64,000 nucleotides of DNA from a virus, in IMG/VR virus record IMGVR_UViG_3300028920_000047, positions 42,582 to 106,581 of that record. One strand, 5' to 3'. The notes under the pieces were generated by a model. It was not told where the DNA came from. It did not search any database and worked only from the letters and a program-made list of their open reading frames with translations. A program made the translations under genes and the position numbers. The first letter of the stretch is position 1. Every line of letters begins with the position of its first letter. Positions 39,289 through 50,174 of this stretch are shown here, in pieces.

Positions 39289-39550
39289 TAAAATGTCCGA
39301 AACAACAATATTAAAAGAAAAAGAGATTGATTCAATTACCAGAATAATAGATTTAATGGAAAAGTGGAACCTGGTTTTACCGGAACTGTTCTCTTTAAAA
39401 TTATTGATAAATATAAATAATATAAAAACCGTAAATCATATAAATTGTCATAAGGCAGTTGATAAAATTTTAAATAGTGATATGAAAAAAGAAACTTTGG
39501 AAAAAATATTAAAAGAATATTTTTGGTGTGATTAAAGGGAGGAAAATAAA

Positions 39551-40525
39551 ATGGTATTTTTACAATTATGTTTTATCGCTTGTTTAGTATTTGCTAATTT
39601 AACAGCAAATAAAATTTGTATACTATTTGGTATTCAATTTCCTGCAGGAGTTCTTACCTACCCTATAACTTTTCTAATTACTGATATTATGTCAGAAATT
39701 AAAGGTAAACACGCTACTCACAAATTAGTTAATCAAGGATTTATAATTAATATTATAATAATAGGATTAGTTTTTACTATGTTAAAAATTCCACAGGCTA
39801 TGGGTAGTGCAAAAGCCTTTCAATTAGTATTTTCGTCTACCTGGAGAATTATAATTGCATCAATGGTTGCTTATTTTATAAGCCAGCATATTGATGTTAT
39901 ATTATTTCATTTTTGGAAAAATTTAACAAAGGGTAAATGGTTATGGTTAAGAAATAATGGTTCAACAATTATAAGCCAGTTTTTTGATTCTACTATATTT
40001 TGTACTATTGCTTTTTATGGAATATTACCAAATAATATTTTATTTAATATTATTGTGGGACAATATATAATGAAGTGGTGTATAGCTTTATTGGATACTC
40101 CTTTTTGTTATTTTGGAGTATGGTATTATAAAAGTCATGGTGAAAAAACATACGAAATAAGCTGGCAAGCAAAATATTTTAAATATAATTATTATAAACA
40201 TCATAAATATTGTCCACAATGTGGCTACGATAAACACTCCTCAACTTTTCTCGGTACTATTCTTGATTTAAAAAACAAACACAAATATAAGGATAATAAT
40301 AGCGTCAAATGTTCAAGATGCGGCTGGACGGGTATAGTACATGACCTGGTATCAGGAGAAAAAAGAATTCCCTTTACAAAAGTCCCAAAAAAGTATAAAC
40401 AGGATTTACCCTTTACATCTCATAAACCACTAACTAAAGAAAAAGAGAAGGAAATATACCCAAAAAGAAAAATACAAAGGGTGCCGAAAGCACCGGATTC
40501 TCGCCCAACAATAGAGAAGGGATGA
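39551..40525 (+). CDS. yhhQ: Queuosine-precursor (preQ0/preQ1) transporter with extra C-terminal zinc-ribbon domain
   Basis: YPITFLITDI.SE..G, RIIIAS..AY..SQ..D, LWLRNNGST.ISQ..DS, DTPF; then CPQC..CSRC. Confidence 0.88.
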   Translation: MVFLQLCFIACLVFANLTANKICILFGIQFPAGVLTYPITFLITDIMSEIKGKHATHKLVNQGFIINIIIIGLVFTMLKIPQAMGSAKAFQLVFSSTWRIIIASMVAYFISQHIDVILFHFWKNLTKGKWLWLRNNGSTIISQFFDSTIFCTIAFYGILPNNILFNIIVGQYIMKWCIALLDTPFCYFGVWYYKSHGEKTYEISWQAKYFKYNYYKHHKYCPQCGYDKHSSTFLGTILDLKNKHKYKDNNSVKCSRCGWTGIVHDLVSGEKRIPFTKVPKKYKQDLPFTSHKPLTKEKEKEIYPKRKIQRVPKAPDSRPTIEKG

Positions 40526-40902
40526 GTGGAGATAATAATATGAAACATGAAAGCATTTTAACAATTTATCCAGAGTTAAATAATTTATGCAATAAACTAA
40601 AAGAAAAAGCTACATCGTATAAATCTGAAGCGTCATCTGAGATTAGATTATACATTATAGAGGAGTTAGAAAATATTGATAAATTTTTATCTAAATTAGT
40701 TAGTGAGAGAAAAATAATTAAATATCAAATTGTTATTTACGATTCAACTAATGGTTCAATAAATAATAATATAATAAACACCGAAATCAATATAAAGGAT
40801 TTTCCAATAGCAGCTTTTAAAAGAATCAAAATAGGTACGAAGGCGTTTTGTTACGGATTAACATTTCCATTCTGTAATAGGTCAGTAATTTCGGAGGGAT
40901 AG
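40522..40902 (+). CDS. Hypothetical protein
   Basis: ATGA-coupled ORF. Confidence 0.5.
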   Translation: MSGDNNMKHESILTIYPELNNLCNKLKEKATSYKSEASSEIRLYIIEELENIDKFLSKLVSERKIIKYQIVIYDSTNGSINNNIINTEINIKDFPIAAFKRIKIGTKAFCYGLTFPFCNRSVISEG

Positions 40903-41099
40903 ACCAATGTTTAAATTATTATTAAATTTATTTAGAAGTGAGAATTATTCTAAAAAATCTAAAGAAAAATATTTAACAAGTATGTTCTATAAATTAAATA
41001 TGAATGAAGATATTTGGTTACCTGTTTATCCAGGTAAAACCAAAATTAAAATGATTGAACCAAATATACCGTGGCCAAGAAAATAAATAGGAGAAAACG

Positions 41100-42230
41100 A
41101 TGCCAAAAAAAGTCAATAAAAAAGATATAAGATATTTACCCGCTCTATTTCCAAATATGCAAAATCAAATAATAGGCTATGAACATCGCGGATTTAAACT
41201 TGATTTTTGGCAGGATAATCCAGTGTTTAATTATAAACATATTCTAATTGCTTTTAACTTTTTTGGCCACAAAAATAGAAGACAAATATTTGGTAAAAAT
41301 AATAAAAAATTATTCATTTTTGGTGATAGCGGGGGTTTTGCCAGTGCTTCACAAAATTTAAATATAAATCCTATTGATGTTATAAAATGGCAACAGCAGA
41401 ATTGTAACATGGGTGTATTACTGGATGTACCGCCCTTTATATTTACCGGGGTAGCTGGTTTGAATAAAACGAATAATGTAATTTATAAGAAAGCTTTGAA
41501 ACAAACTATAGAAAATATACAAGAGGCTAAACAATATGTAAAATCTAATTATCAGTGGTGGGGTGTTATACAAGGCAAAACCTTTGCTCAGAAATTACAT
41601 TGGTATAAGGAGATATCTAAAATACATAACTTTAAAAATTGGGCCATCTCGGCCAAACCTTCTCATAATTATTATCAAATAATAAGCTCCATAGCTTTAG
41701 CTTATAAATACAAAATAAAAAATATACACCTATTTCAACTAAGCGCCGTACGCTCGATTGCATTACTTATTTTATGTCAAAAACATTTAGATAATTACTT
41801 TGATAAAATATATTTCGACAGTAGTACACCCAGTAGAATGGGTTTGGGAAATAGATATTTACAGATAACCGCAGAAAGAAATAAACTTATTAAATTCTCT
41901 GACCGGTTAAGTAAGAAAAAACAGGAACAACTTATAAAAGAGTTTGACTGTCAATGCGAAGTATGTAAACATTTTGAAACAAAAGAATATTTTTTACCTT
42001 CCTGGCAAGGTAGTGGTATTATCTTTTTACACGATTTTAATATACTCGTGCAAAAAATCAAAGAGCTAAAAAAATATTCAAAAGACGATTTGATTGAATT
42101 TTCAAGAGTACCTAAAAACAAGGTAAAAGTATTATTAGATAATATAACCAATTTACAAAAAATTAAAAAATTAGAAGAATTTGTTGTACCCAGAAAGTCC
42201 AATAATGTGTTTTCGTTATTAGAAAAATGA
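41100..42230 (+). CDS. TGT-fold transglycosylase, probable DNA 7-deazaguanine inserting enzyme (DpdA-like)
   Basis: FGDSGGF, LDVPP, GVIQG, FDSST, Zn site CQCEVC..H; overlaps the DNA polymerase start; preQ0 genes upstream. Confidence 0.75.
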   Translation: MPKKVNKKDIRYLPALFPNMQNQIIGYEHRGFKLDFWQDNPVFNYKHILIAFNFFGHKNRRQIFGKNNKKLFIFGDSGGFASASQNLNINPIDVIKWQQQNCNMGVLLDVPPFIFTGVAGLNKTNNVIYKKALKQTIENIQEAKQYVKSNYQWWGVIQGKTFAQKLHWYKEISKIHNFKNWAISAKPSHNYYQIISSIALAYKYKIKNIHLFQLSAVRSIALLILCQKHLDNYFDKIYFDSSTPSRMGLGNRYLQITAERNKLIKFSDRLSKKKQEQLIKEFDCQCEVCKHFETKEYFLPSWQGSGIIFLHDFNILVQKIKELKKYSKDDLIEFSRVPKNKVKVLLDNITNLQKIKKLEEFVVPRKSNNVFSLLEK

Positions 42231-44554
42231 AAAAAAGAAAAACTTTTAAAATAAAGATAAAAACTTGTAACGACTGTAAAGCTAATAGAAGAAAATATGT
42301 CAAAGGAAATTATACCGATTCAGATATTTTAATCCTCTTTGATAATCCTATTATTAGAAAACCACAAAATAAATCTTATACCAATTATAAAAAGATATTA
42401 GAGTTATTTCAAGATTTAAATCCGAGTTATGATTTTTTAACTAAATGTACCTTTAACAGTTATAATTTACAATCGGCAGAAATTTGTTACCAAAAATATA
42501 TAAAAAAAGTAATAAAAAAATTTAAAATTATTGTTTTAACCAGTCAATTCTGTTTTTCGTTTTTCTTTCCAGGATATAAATATGATGCAATCGGTATTGG
42601 TAATTTTATATCCAAAAAAATAGATAATAAGGAATTAAAATTCTATTCTGTAGGCTGGGATATATTATTAAATAAAAAATATGTAAATAGATTAAAAAAA
42701 TATTTAGCCGGAACACTATATAATAAAAAATATAAAATAATTACTACTGATAAAGAATTTAAAGAATATGCAAAAATAATTAAAACTAAAAGTATTGTTG
42801 GTTTTGATATGGAAAATAATACAACAAATCCTTTTCAGCCCGGATGGTTATTATATAGTATGGCTATATCATGGAAAAAAGATTTTTCAGTTTGTTTTCC
42901 ATACGAACATCCTGAATTTAAAGATATAATATTACGTAATAAATTTAAAAATTTTATATCAGGATTATTAGTTTCAAAAAATATTAGAAAGGTTATACAT
43001 AATGCTAAATATGATATAAAAATGACCAGAGCCAAAGGTTTTCCCGATGCTCAAAATGTAGCATGTACATGGTTAATGGCTTATTTAAGAAACGAACGCC
43101 GAAAATATTATAAACTAAAGACCCTGGTACCAGAATTTTTAGATGGTTATGCGGATATAGTTTTAGACTTTGAAGATACCCAGTTATCAAGATTGGGTTA
43201 TTATAATAATTTTGATGCGGATATGCATTTACAGCTTTACAATTTATTCTATAATGATTTCAGTGGAAAATTAAGATATGCTTTTGAAGAAATTTGTTCA
43301 ATAATGCCTACTCTTTTTGCGGACATAGAGTTGAATGGTATAAAAATAGATTTAAAATATTTAACCAAATTAAGTAAAACTTTGAAAATGAATGAAAAAA
43401 AAATATTACATAAATTATATAAAATTGAACCATCTTTGAAAAAAATAAATCTTGATTCCCACCAACAATTGGGAGATGTGCTTTTTAATAAATTAAAAAG
43501 ACCAATAATAGAAAAAACTCCTCAATCAAAACAACCTAAATTAAATGAAACCATTCTAAAAATATTATCAGTTAAATATCATTGTAAAATATCGGAACAA
43601 ATTTTAAAATTGCGTAAAAATCATAAATTTTTTAATACTTATGTAAAAAAAGTCAAATCAGATTGGTTATATCCTGACGGTAAAACAAGATGTGATTATT
43701 TAATAACCGGTACTACAACCGGCCGGCCTGCAGGACAAAACCCGAATCTTTTAAATATACCTCGGGATAAAAGAATAAAAAATTATTTTATAGCTGATAA
43801 AAATTGTAACTTGTTTCAAATCGATTTTTCACAGGCCGAATTACGTATTATGGCGTCATTATCAAATGATAAAGCAATGATAAACGAATATAACAAAAAG
43901 AATCCTGATTTACATACCCTCACCGCAGTACAAATATCTAACAAACGTCCAGAAGATATAGAATATGAAGACCGGCAAAAAGGTAAAGTAACAAATTTTG
44001 GTTTAATTTATTTAATGTCAGCTAAAAGTTTAATGAATGATGCTAAATATAAATATAATGTAAAGATGACATTACCTGAGGCTCAAAAATATCATGATAA
44101 TTGGTTTAAAAAATATAAAAATGTTAGAGAATTTCATAATAAAATAGCTTGGCAAATAAAGACCAAATATTATGTTGAATCCCCGTTTGGTAGACGTCGG
44201 CGTTTTCCCGAACTAAAGAATGAAAAAATATTATATCAAGATGATTTCAATAATCTACACCGCCAAGCAGTAAATTTTCCTATTCAATCGACTGCGTCCG
44301 ATATAACGGTTTCAACTCTATATAAATTATATTTATTTTTAAAAAAATATAAAATGAAATCAAAAATAATATTGACCGTTTATGATAGTGGTATATTAAA
44401 CGCTTATCCTGATGAAATTGAAGATATATATTATCTTGTTAAAGATTTAGAAAATATGATAAAATACGACTGGTTAAAAGTACCAATGATTATTGATTGT
44501 AGTATTGGTAATCGTTGGGGGGAATTAAAAGATTATAAGGGAGGTAAATTATAA
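42227..44554 (+). CDS. Family A DNA polymerase with 3'-5' exonuclease and degenerate N-terminal UDG-like domain
   Basis: Exo GFDME, HNAKYD, YNNFDA; TTTGR, PNLLNIP, motif A DFSQAELR, motif B RQKGKVTNFGLIY, NFPIQSTASD, motif C TVYDS. Confidence 0.93.
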   Translation: MKKRKTFKIKIKTCNDCKANRRKYVKGNYTDSDILILFDNPIIRKPQNKSYTNYKKILELFQDLNPSYDFLTKCTFNSYNLQSAEICYQKYIKKVIKKFKIIVLTSQFCFSFFFPGYKYDAIGIGNFISKKIDNKELKFYSVGWDILLNKKYVNRLKKYLAGTLYNKKYKIITTDKEFKEYAKIIKTKSIVGFDMENNTTNPFQPGWLLYSMAISWKKDFSVCFPYEHPEFKDIILRNKFKNFISGLLVSKNIRKVIHNAKYDIKMTRAKGFPDAQNVACTWLMAYLRNERRKYYKLKTLVPEFLDGYADIVLDFEDTQLSRLGYYNNFDADMHLQLYNLFYNDFSGKLRYAFEEICSIMPTLFADIELNGIKIDLKYLTKLSKTLKMNEKKILHKLYKIEPSLKKINLDSHQQLGDVLFNKLKRPIIEKTPQSKQPKLNETILKILSVKYHCKISEQILKLRKNHKFFNTYVKKVKSDWLYPDGKTRCDYLITGTTTGRPAGQNPNLLNIPRDKRIKNYFIADKNCNLFQIDFSQAELRIMASLSNDKAMINEYNKKNPDLHTLTAVQISNKRPEDIEYEDRQKGKVTNFGLIYLMSAKSLMNDAKYKYNVKMTLPEAQKYHDNWFKKYKNVREFHNKIAWQIKTKYYVESPFGRRRRFPELKNEKILYQDDFNNLHRQAVNFPIQSTASDITVSTLYKLYLFLKKYKMKSKIILTVYDSGILNAYPDEIEDIYYLVKDLENMIKYDWLKVPMIIDCSIGNRWGELKDYKGGKL

Positions 44555-44912
44555 TGTTAACTGGAACAAAGGAAAAACAATCCGGGTACCCAACAATTAG
44601 CAAAATGGAAAAAAAAGCTATGCAGAAATTAAGTCTAAACGGTAATAACCCTGAGATAGTTCGGGTTATAACTTATCCTGAATTTTGTATTGAAATAAAA
44701 CCTGAGAGGGAACTTATTAAACTGGCCGGTCAGGAATATACTTTTGATTTCTTTAGAGTGTTGGGTTCAGGTAATTTTGAACCTTTTACTGTAAGCTACG
44801 ACGAAAAAGAATGTAAAATAGTTTGTAGTAAAACCGTACCTATGCAGAAAAAAGATTTTAATATGTTTTCTCATAGCGCTTTAGTGCATGATAAAATAGT
44901 AAATAAAAAGGA

Positions 44913-45839
44913 GTGATAATTATGTCCGGAACATCTGGTAATTTATGTTTAAGAAAAAATATAACCTTAAACCGTCCCCTGGACATGTGTAAAAAATGTC
45001 CACCAGTATTTAAGAACGATTGTTTGGTAGTTGCTAAAAGTAATCTTATTAAAAATAATAATTACCCACAGGCAAAAATTGGTAAAGATAATAAACAACA
45101 TGCTTCCTACGAAAACATAGAAACTGAAGCAAAAACTAATTCAAAAGAATGTGTAATTTGTGGGGGAATAACAAAATATAAAAAGTTTGGTCTATGTAGG
45201 AGACATTATCAAAATTGGTGTTATTATAAAAACAAGAAAGAAAATAAAAAATTTCCGGATAAGGACCTCTTTAAAAAATTTCTAATATTTCAAAAAAGCA
45301 AACTTAAAAAATCCCCAATTAAAGAGGAAGAAATGATATGTAGTCTATGTGCCAAAAAACGTTCACAGGATACTAAACCAAATCAAAAAAGATGGTATAG
45401 TGGTTATAAATTATGTCCAGCGTGTACACAATCCTGGAACAAATTTAAAAAGAGGCATTTAAAAAAATTTGACCATGAGAATAAATGTTTAGAGGCTTAT
45501 AAAAGAAAACGAAAACACTTTCTGAAATATGGTAAAAAAGCAAAACTCGAAAAAAGGAAAGTTGACGGTCAAAATGATATAAAACTCAAAACCGCTGAAG
45601 AAAAATCAATATTAACAGAGGTTAAAAAAATAAACAAAAAGGAAATACGTGCAGAAATAATTGCCGGTTTAAAAGAAGCAATGGGTGTGGACGTTACATT
45701 GGATTGTGAAATTTGTTTGGGAATAGGGGATAAAAAAGAGACTGTAAGTGAAATGAAATGGACTTTTATAGCCTGGTTTAGCGAGGATGTGGGAATTAAA
45801 CTTGGTAAAATGAAAATAGTTAGAGAGTATGATAAATGA
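44913..45839 (+). CDS. Multi-zinc-finger basic protein
   Basis: CVIC..GLCRRHY and CSLC..LCPAC. Confidence 0.55.
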   Translation: MIIMSGTSGNLCLRKNITLNRPLDMCKKCPPVFKNDCLVVAKSNLIKNNNYPQAKIGKDNKQHASYENIETEAKTNSKECVICGGITKYKKFGLCRRHYQNWCYYKNKKENKKFPDKDLFKKFLIFQKSKLKKSPIKEEEMICSLCAKKRSQDTKPNQKRWYSGYKLCPACTQSWNKFKKRHLKKFDHENKCLEAYKRKRKHFLKYGKKAKLEKRKVDGQNDIKLKTAEEKSILTEVKKINKKEIRAEIIAGLKEAMGVDVTLDCEICLGIGDKKETVSEMKWTFIAWFSEDVGIKLGKMKIVREYDK

Positions 45840-46310
45840 TAACAATAAAAATATCTAAAAACGAATATAATACTATTATAAAAGTATGTGAATATTTCAA
45901 TTTATCTATTGATAAATTATTTAAAAAAACTATCAACGCTCTAATTACCGATAGACTATCTTTTCCCCCTGGAGTTTATTATATAATTTCTGACCCAAAA
46001 TTTAATGGGAGAATTGACCACCATAGAGCCTACTGGCTTGAAAAAAGTGGAGTTAAATTAGAATTGAACTTGGATAGAAAATGGATTAAAATAAGGAGAT
46101 ATATTTTAAACCCTAATGATAAATGTTTTACTTTTACTTTATTTTGCGTAAATATTATAAATTATAATTTTAGAGAATTTTTACGAATAACTTTTAACAT
46201 CTCGTACAACGATTATTCGGGTTATTACCACAAAATATTTAATAATAAAACACCTGAGAAAATTAAAAAGGAAAATGGAAAGAATTCAAGATTTAATATA
46301 GGAGAAATAA

Positions 46311-46931
46311 TTGAAAACACTAAAAAATAGCAATCATCAAATCATCGGATTATCCTGGAAATATAAGGATATTATAAATGGCCAGCGGGAAATAAATTGT
46401 CCCTGGAAGAAAACTTTTAAACATCAATTGTCAGAGATTTGTTTTTTTTGTCCTAATAAATTTAGAAAAAAATGTTTAAAACTTATATTTTCAAGCCCTG
46501 ATTACGAAATTAGAGATATACCAATAGGAAAAGATATGATTACTTATAGAGGCAAAAAACCCACCATAATAGCAGGAATAAAGAATGATAATACCAATTT
46601 AACACAAGAAGATGGATATTATAAATTAGTTAAACATAATTTACCTACCTATTCAGAATTTTGTTTATGCTGTTATATGATTCGAGATAATTTAAAAGAA
46701 AAAAAATTAGATAAACATAATCAACTATTATGTAATCGATGTTTTCAAAGATTTAGGGAGTGGAAAAACTGTAAAATAAATAAAAGAAAAACCATAAGAA
46801 CATTTATAAGAGAATATCAAAAAATATTACTTGAGGTAGAAACCGAAATAATTGCTCGACAACAACGAGCAATTAAATTAAGATATAAAGTTCAAAAGAC
46901 AAAAATAAATTATGAGAAATTTAAAGTATGA
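46311..46931 (+). CDS. Cys-rich hypothetical protein
   Basis: C..CFFC..C and CLCC..LCNRC. Confidence 0.5.
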   Translation: MKTLKNSNHQIIGLSWKYKDIINGQREINCPWKKTFKHQLSEICFFCPNKFRKKCLKLIFSSPDYEIRDIPIGKDMITYRGKKPTIIAGIKNDNTNLTQEDGYYKLVKHNLPTYSEFCLCCYMIRDNLKEKKLDKHNQLLCNRCFQRFREWKNCKINKRKTIRTFIREYQKILLEVETEIIARQQRAIKLRYKVQKTKINYEKFKV

Positions 46932-47656
46932 AAATTATTAAACCACCGCCATTTGGCGAAAATTTTAAATTAAAAAAATATTTAACTGCTAAAACATGGA
47001 GTAAATTATTAAAAAGGGAATTTCAAAAACCATATATGAAAAAATTAGAAAATAAACTTGAACAAGACTATTTTAATTATAATATATTACCCAAAAAACA
47101 GGAAATATTTAAAGCATTAAATTTAACAGATTATAATAAAGTTAAAGTTGTACTATTTGGCCAAGACCCTTACCCAGTTCCGGGACATGCTCATGGACTT
47201 GTTTTCGGAGTGCCAGATGATTTACAACCAAAACCTCCATCATTGAAAATCATATTTAAAGAAATTAAGCGGAACATGAGTATAAAAATACCAACAAATA
47301 GAAGTTCTTTATCCGGCTGGGCCAAACAAGGTGTATTATTGCTAAATGTAATATTAACTGTTATGGCTTATTCTACAGGCTCCCATAAAAATTACGGCTG
47401 GGAAAAATTTACTGATACAATAGTCAAATTATTATCAAAAAGAAATAAACCTATAATATTTGTATTATGGGGAGCTTTTGCTAAACAAAAAAAATATTCT
47501 ATAAAAAATAGAAACCATTATATATTAGAAGCGGCTCATCCAGCATCAGAGTGTTATGGTGGTCAAAATTTTACCGGCTGTGGTCATTTTAGCCAAATAA
47601 ATAATATATTAAAAAGTAATAAAGAGGAACCTATAAATTGGCGAAATATATCATAA
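46928..47656 (+). CDS. ung: Uracil-DNA glycosylase family 1
   Basis: GQDPY, AHGL.F, PPSL, WAKQGVLLLN, GWE.FT, FVLWG, HP. Confidence 0.93.
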   Translation: MKIIKPPPFGENFKLKKYLTAKTWSKLLKREFQKPYMKKLENKLEQDYFNYNILPKKQEIFKALNLTDYNKVKVVLFGQDPYPVPGHAHGLVFGVPDDLQPKPPSLKIIFKEIKRNMSIKIPTNRSSLSGWAKQGVLLLNVILTVMAYSTGSHKNYGWEKFTDTIVKLLSKRNKPIIFVLWGAFAKQKKYSIKNRNHYILEAAHPASECYGGQNFTGCGHFSQINNILKSNKEEPINWRNIS

Positions 47657-48381
47657 AAACTATGTTTAAATATAGATTAAAAAAATGTATAATATTTAAT
47701 AATAAAAAACTATTACAATTTATTGCTAAAAAAAATAATTTTTATGATTTTGTTAAACAACAATTGAATAAATATAGAAAAACTCAGATACAATATTTTT
47801 CAAAAGAACAAAAAAAATCAATTGATAATGTTTATAATTACAAAACTTTAAAAAATTTAAGTAACCATAATAAAATGGATATAGATGATTTATTTAAAAT
47901 ATTCGTAATTAGCCACGCTTCAATTCCTATAAAAGAATGGCGATATCATTTATTAGGATTTATTAAAGAGATAAAAAAAATAAAATATTTAAATAGTGAA
48001 ATAACTAATAAAGCTATAGAATATATAAACAAATGGGATACTATTTTTGATAATAATGATTTTAAATCATTATGTATACAAAATAGTATAAGTAATAAAT
48101 TGAGAAAGGGAGAAGCTCATAGTTCAGATTTTTTTATATTTTTAAACTGGTGTTCCATCATATATCCTGATAAAGACCTATGGGATATTCCATTATACAT
48201 ACAAATAATTAGTCAATTAGTAAAATTAAAAGACATAATTGTTACCGTATATCCCGGTATATTTTTATACGACAAAGCTTACGACAGATTAGTATTATAT
48301 TATGAAAAAATATTGAGCTCACGAAAAGGTTATACCAGCGATACCAAAATAAAAACAAAAAAGATTTTAAAAGGAATTTAA
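47638..48381 (+). CDS. Hypothetical protein
   Basis: ORF in operon. Confidence 0.55.
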   Translation: MAKYIIKTMFKYRLKKCIIFNNKKLLQFIAKKNNFYDFVKQQLNKYRKTQIQYFSKEQKKSIDNVYNYKTLKNLSNHNKMDIDDLFKIFVISHASIPIKEWRYHLLGFIKEIKKIKYLNSEITNKAIEYINKWDTIFDNNDFKSLCIQNSISNKLRKGEAHSSDFFIFLNWCSIIYPDKDLWDIPLYIQIISQLVKLKDIIVTVYPGIFLYDKAYDRLVLYYEKILSSRKGYTSDTKIKTKKILKGI

Positions 48382-48777
48382 AATAACTTATAAAATGGTC
48401 AAAAGAATAGAAAATATATTTAATAATTTTAATATGTTTATCTGGAAAGAATTCAATTTGATATTCAATAATACTATAAATTTTAAAAACGACAATTCTA
48501 TAAAAGCCTGGCATCATTCTGTAAAAAATTTGGAAGATTTATTTAATAAAGAATATGAAAAATATGGTATAAAAATAAAATATAGGAAGGATAATACTTT
48601 TTTTAAAGGTTTATTTTGGCATTTATTAGTAATAACTTACATAGAAAAACTAAAATTAACAAATGATGAAATATTTATGAACTGGCCTAAGAGGGTTTTA
48701 AATTATTTTGATTTACTTAATAAGGCCGAAAAATATTTTAACATAACCTACGAAAAATTAAGGAAAGGAGTTAAATC

Positions 48778-48999
48778 ATGAAATATATAATCATAATAAT
48801 TTTAATTTGTTTTATAACGAGCTGTGTACATCCTAACTATTATGTAAAACATAATCGTTACCCAAACCGGGCGACCAAACCCGAAAAAAAAGAATTGAAA
48901 AATGGACAAAATAAACTATTAACTTTGGTTTTAGGTGGTGCAGCTTTTTATTATGTAGTTATGAGAAATAATAAAGAAAAATGGTGGGAGGAAAGATGA
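48778..48999 (+). CDS. Putative lipoprotein
   Basis: MKYIIIIILICFITSC lipobox-like; second hydrophobic segment. Confidence 0.55.
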   Translation: MKYIIIIILICFITSCVHPNYYVKHNRYPNRATKPEKKELKNGQNKLLTLVLGGAAFYYVVMRNNKEKWWEER

Positions 49000-49304
49000 A
49001 ACTTATATTAACTCTATTATTATGTTTACTATTTTTTTATACTTGTGCTCCAAAGTTTAGATTCAGTAATACTTATTTTCAGGTTGATACCAGTCAAGAT
49101 AATGTAAAAATAAGAAGAGGTCCGGGATTACGTTATACTGAAATATATAAGATTGCCAGATATGACCTGGTATTAGTTAAAAAAGTTAAAATAATAAAAA
49201 ACGAAGATTGGGCAATGGTAAAAATAATTGAAACACCGGATAACAAATTTAAGAAAATTACCGGATTTATTAAAAGAGACTTACTATTACCGGAAGTGAG
49301 ATAA
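48996..49304 (+). CDS. Exported bacterial SH3b-domain protein
   Basis: Signal peptide; NVKIRRGPG..W..V..TGFIKRDLL. Confidence 0.7.
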   Translation: MKLILTLLLCLLFFYTCAPKFRFSNTYFQVDTSQDNVKIRRGPGLRYTEIYKIARYDLVLVKKVKIIKNEDWAMVKIIETPDNKFKKITGFIKRDLLLPEVR

Positions 49305-49305
49305 A

Positions 49306-49914
49306 ATGTTATATAACCCAACAAAAATACTTCCTGAATATAATAATTGTAATATTGATAATTTTAGATGGTTAAGATTAACAAATCGCAACAAAGTTCA
49401 AAAAACAATAAAATCTTTTCTTGAAAAACAAAATCAATGGTTATTTTTTGTCGGTGAAACAGGCCGTGGTAAAACTCATATAGCTGTAGCTATATACAAG
49501 GAATTATGTGATAAATTTTTAAACGCCGGGAGAGGTGGTTTAGAAATTGAGTGGTGGGATAGATTAATAAATAGGTATAATGAGAATGATATAAAAGATA
49601 TTATACTTGAATTATCCTTGAGTAAAGTTCTTATTATTGATGATATAACTAAATTAGACCTGGATAAAAAAATTGGATATAATTATAAAGTTATCGATAT
49701 GTTAAAATTACTTATTAACAATTGTTTTGATAACAATACTATTTTAGTTACTACCAGTAATATAAAAGTAACAAAAAATATGTCAGCAGATAACTTATTA
49801 TTAATGTTAGGTGGTGACGAATATCTATTATCAAGAATATCGTCAAAAACTATATTTGTACCATTTATAGGAGAGGATTATCGTGAAACAGAAGAATATT
49901 TTTCAAGAATATAA
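49306..49914 (+). CDS. DnaC/IstB-like helicase loader ATPase
   Basis: FFVGETGRGKTHIA, VLIIDDI, VTTSN, SRI, GEDYR. Confidence 0.85.
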   Translation: MLYNPTKILPEYNNCNIDNFRWLRLTNRNKVQKTIKSFLEKQNQWLFFVGETGRGKTHIAVAIYKELCDKFLNAGRGGLEIEWWDRLINRYNENDIKDIILELSLSKVLIIDDITKLDLDKKIGYNYKVIDMLKLLINNCFDNNTILVTTSNIKVTKNMSADNLLLMLGGDEYLLSRISSKTIFVPFIGEDYRETEEYFSRI

Positions 49915-50174
49915 TGAGCAAAAAAGTGAGCACAAAATGTATAAGGAAATGTTTAAAAAATTTATAGAGGAGAAAATCGATGGACCAATTACAAATATTA
50001 CCAAGAGTAGCAAACGAGGTAATGATAAAAACAAATAAGGTTGAACTTGTCGTTAGAGCTGTTAATGATAATTTGGAATTAAAAACATCCGGTCAAGTAA
50101 TTTATCCTTGTAACGATTCACTACTTGATAAAAAAAGAGTAAAAATTATTAGAGATTAAAAAAGGAAAAAATAT

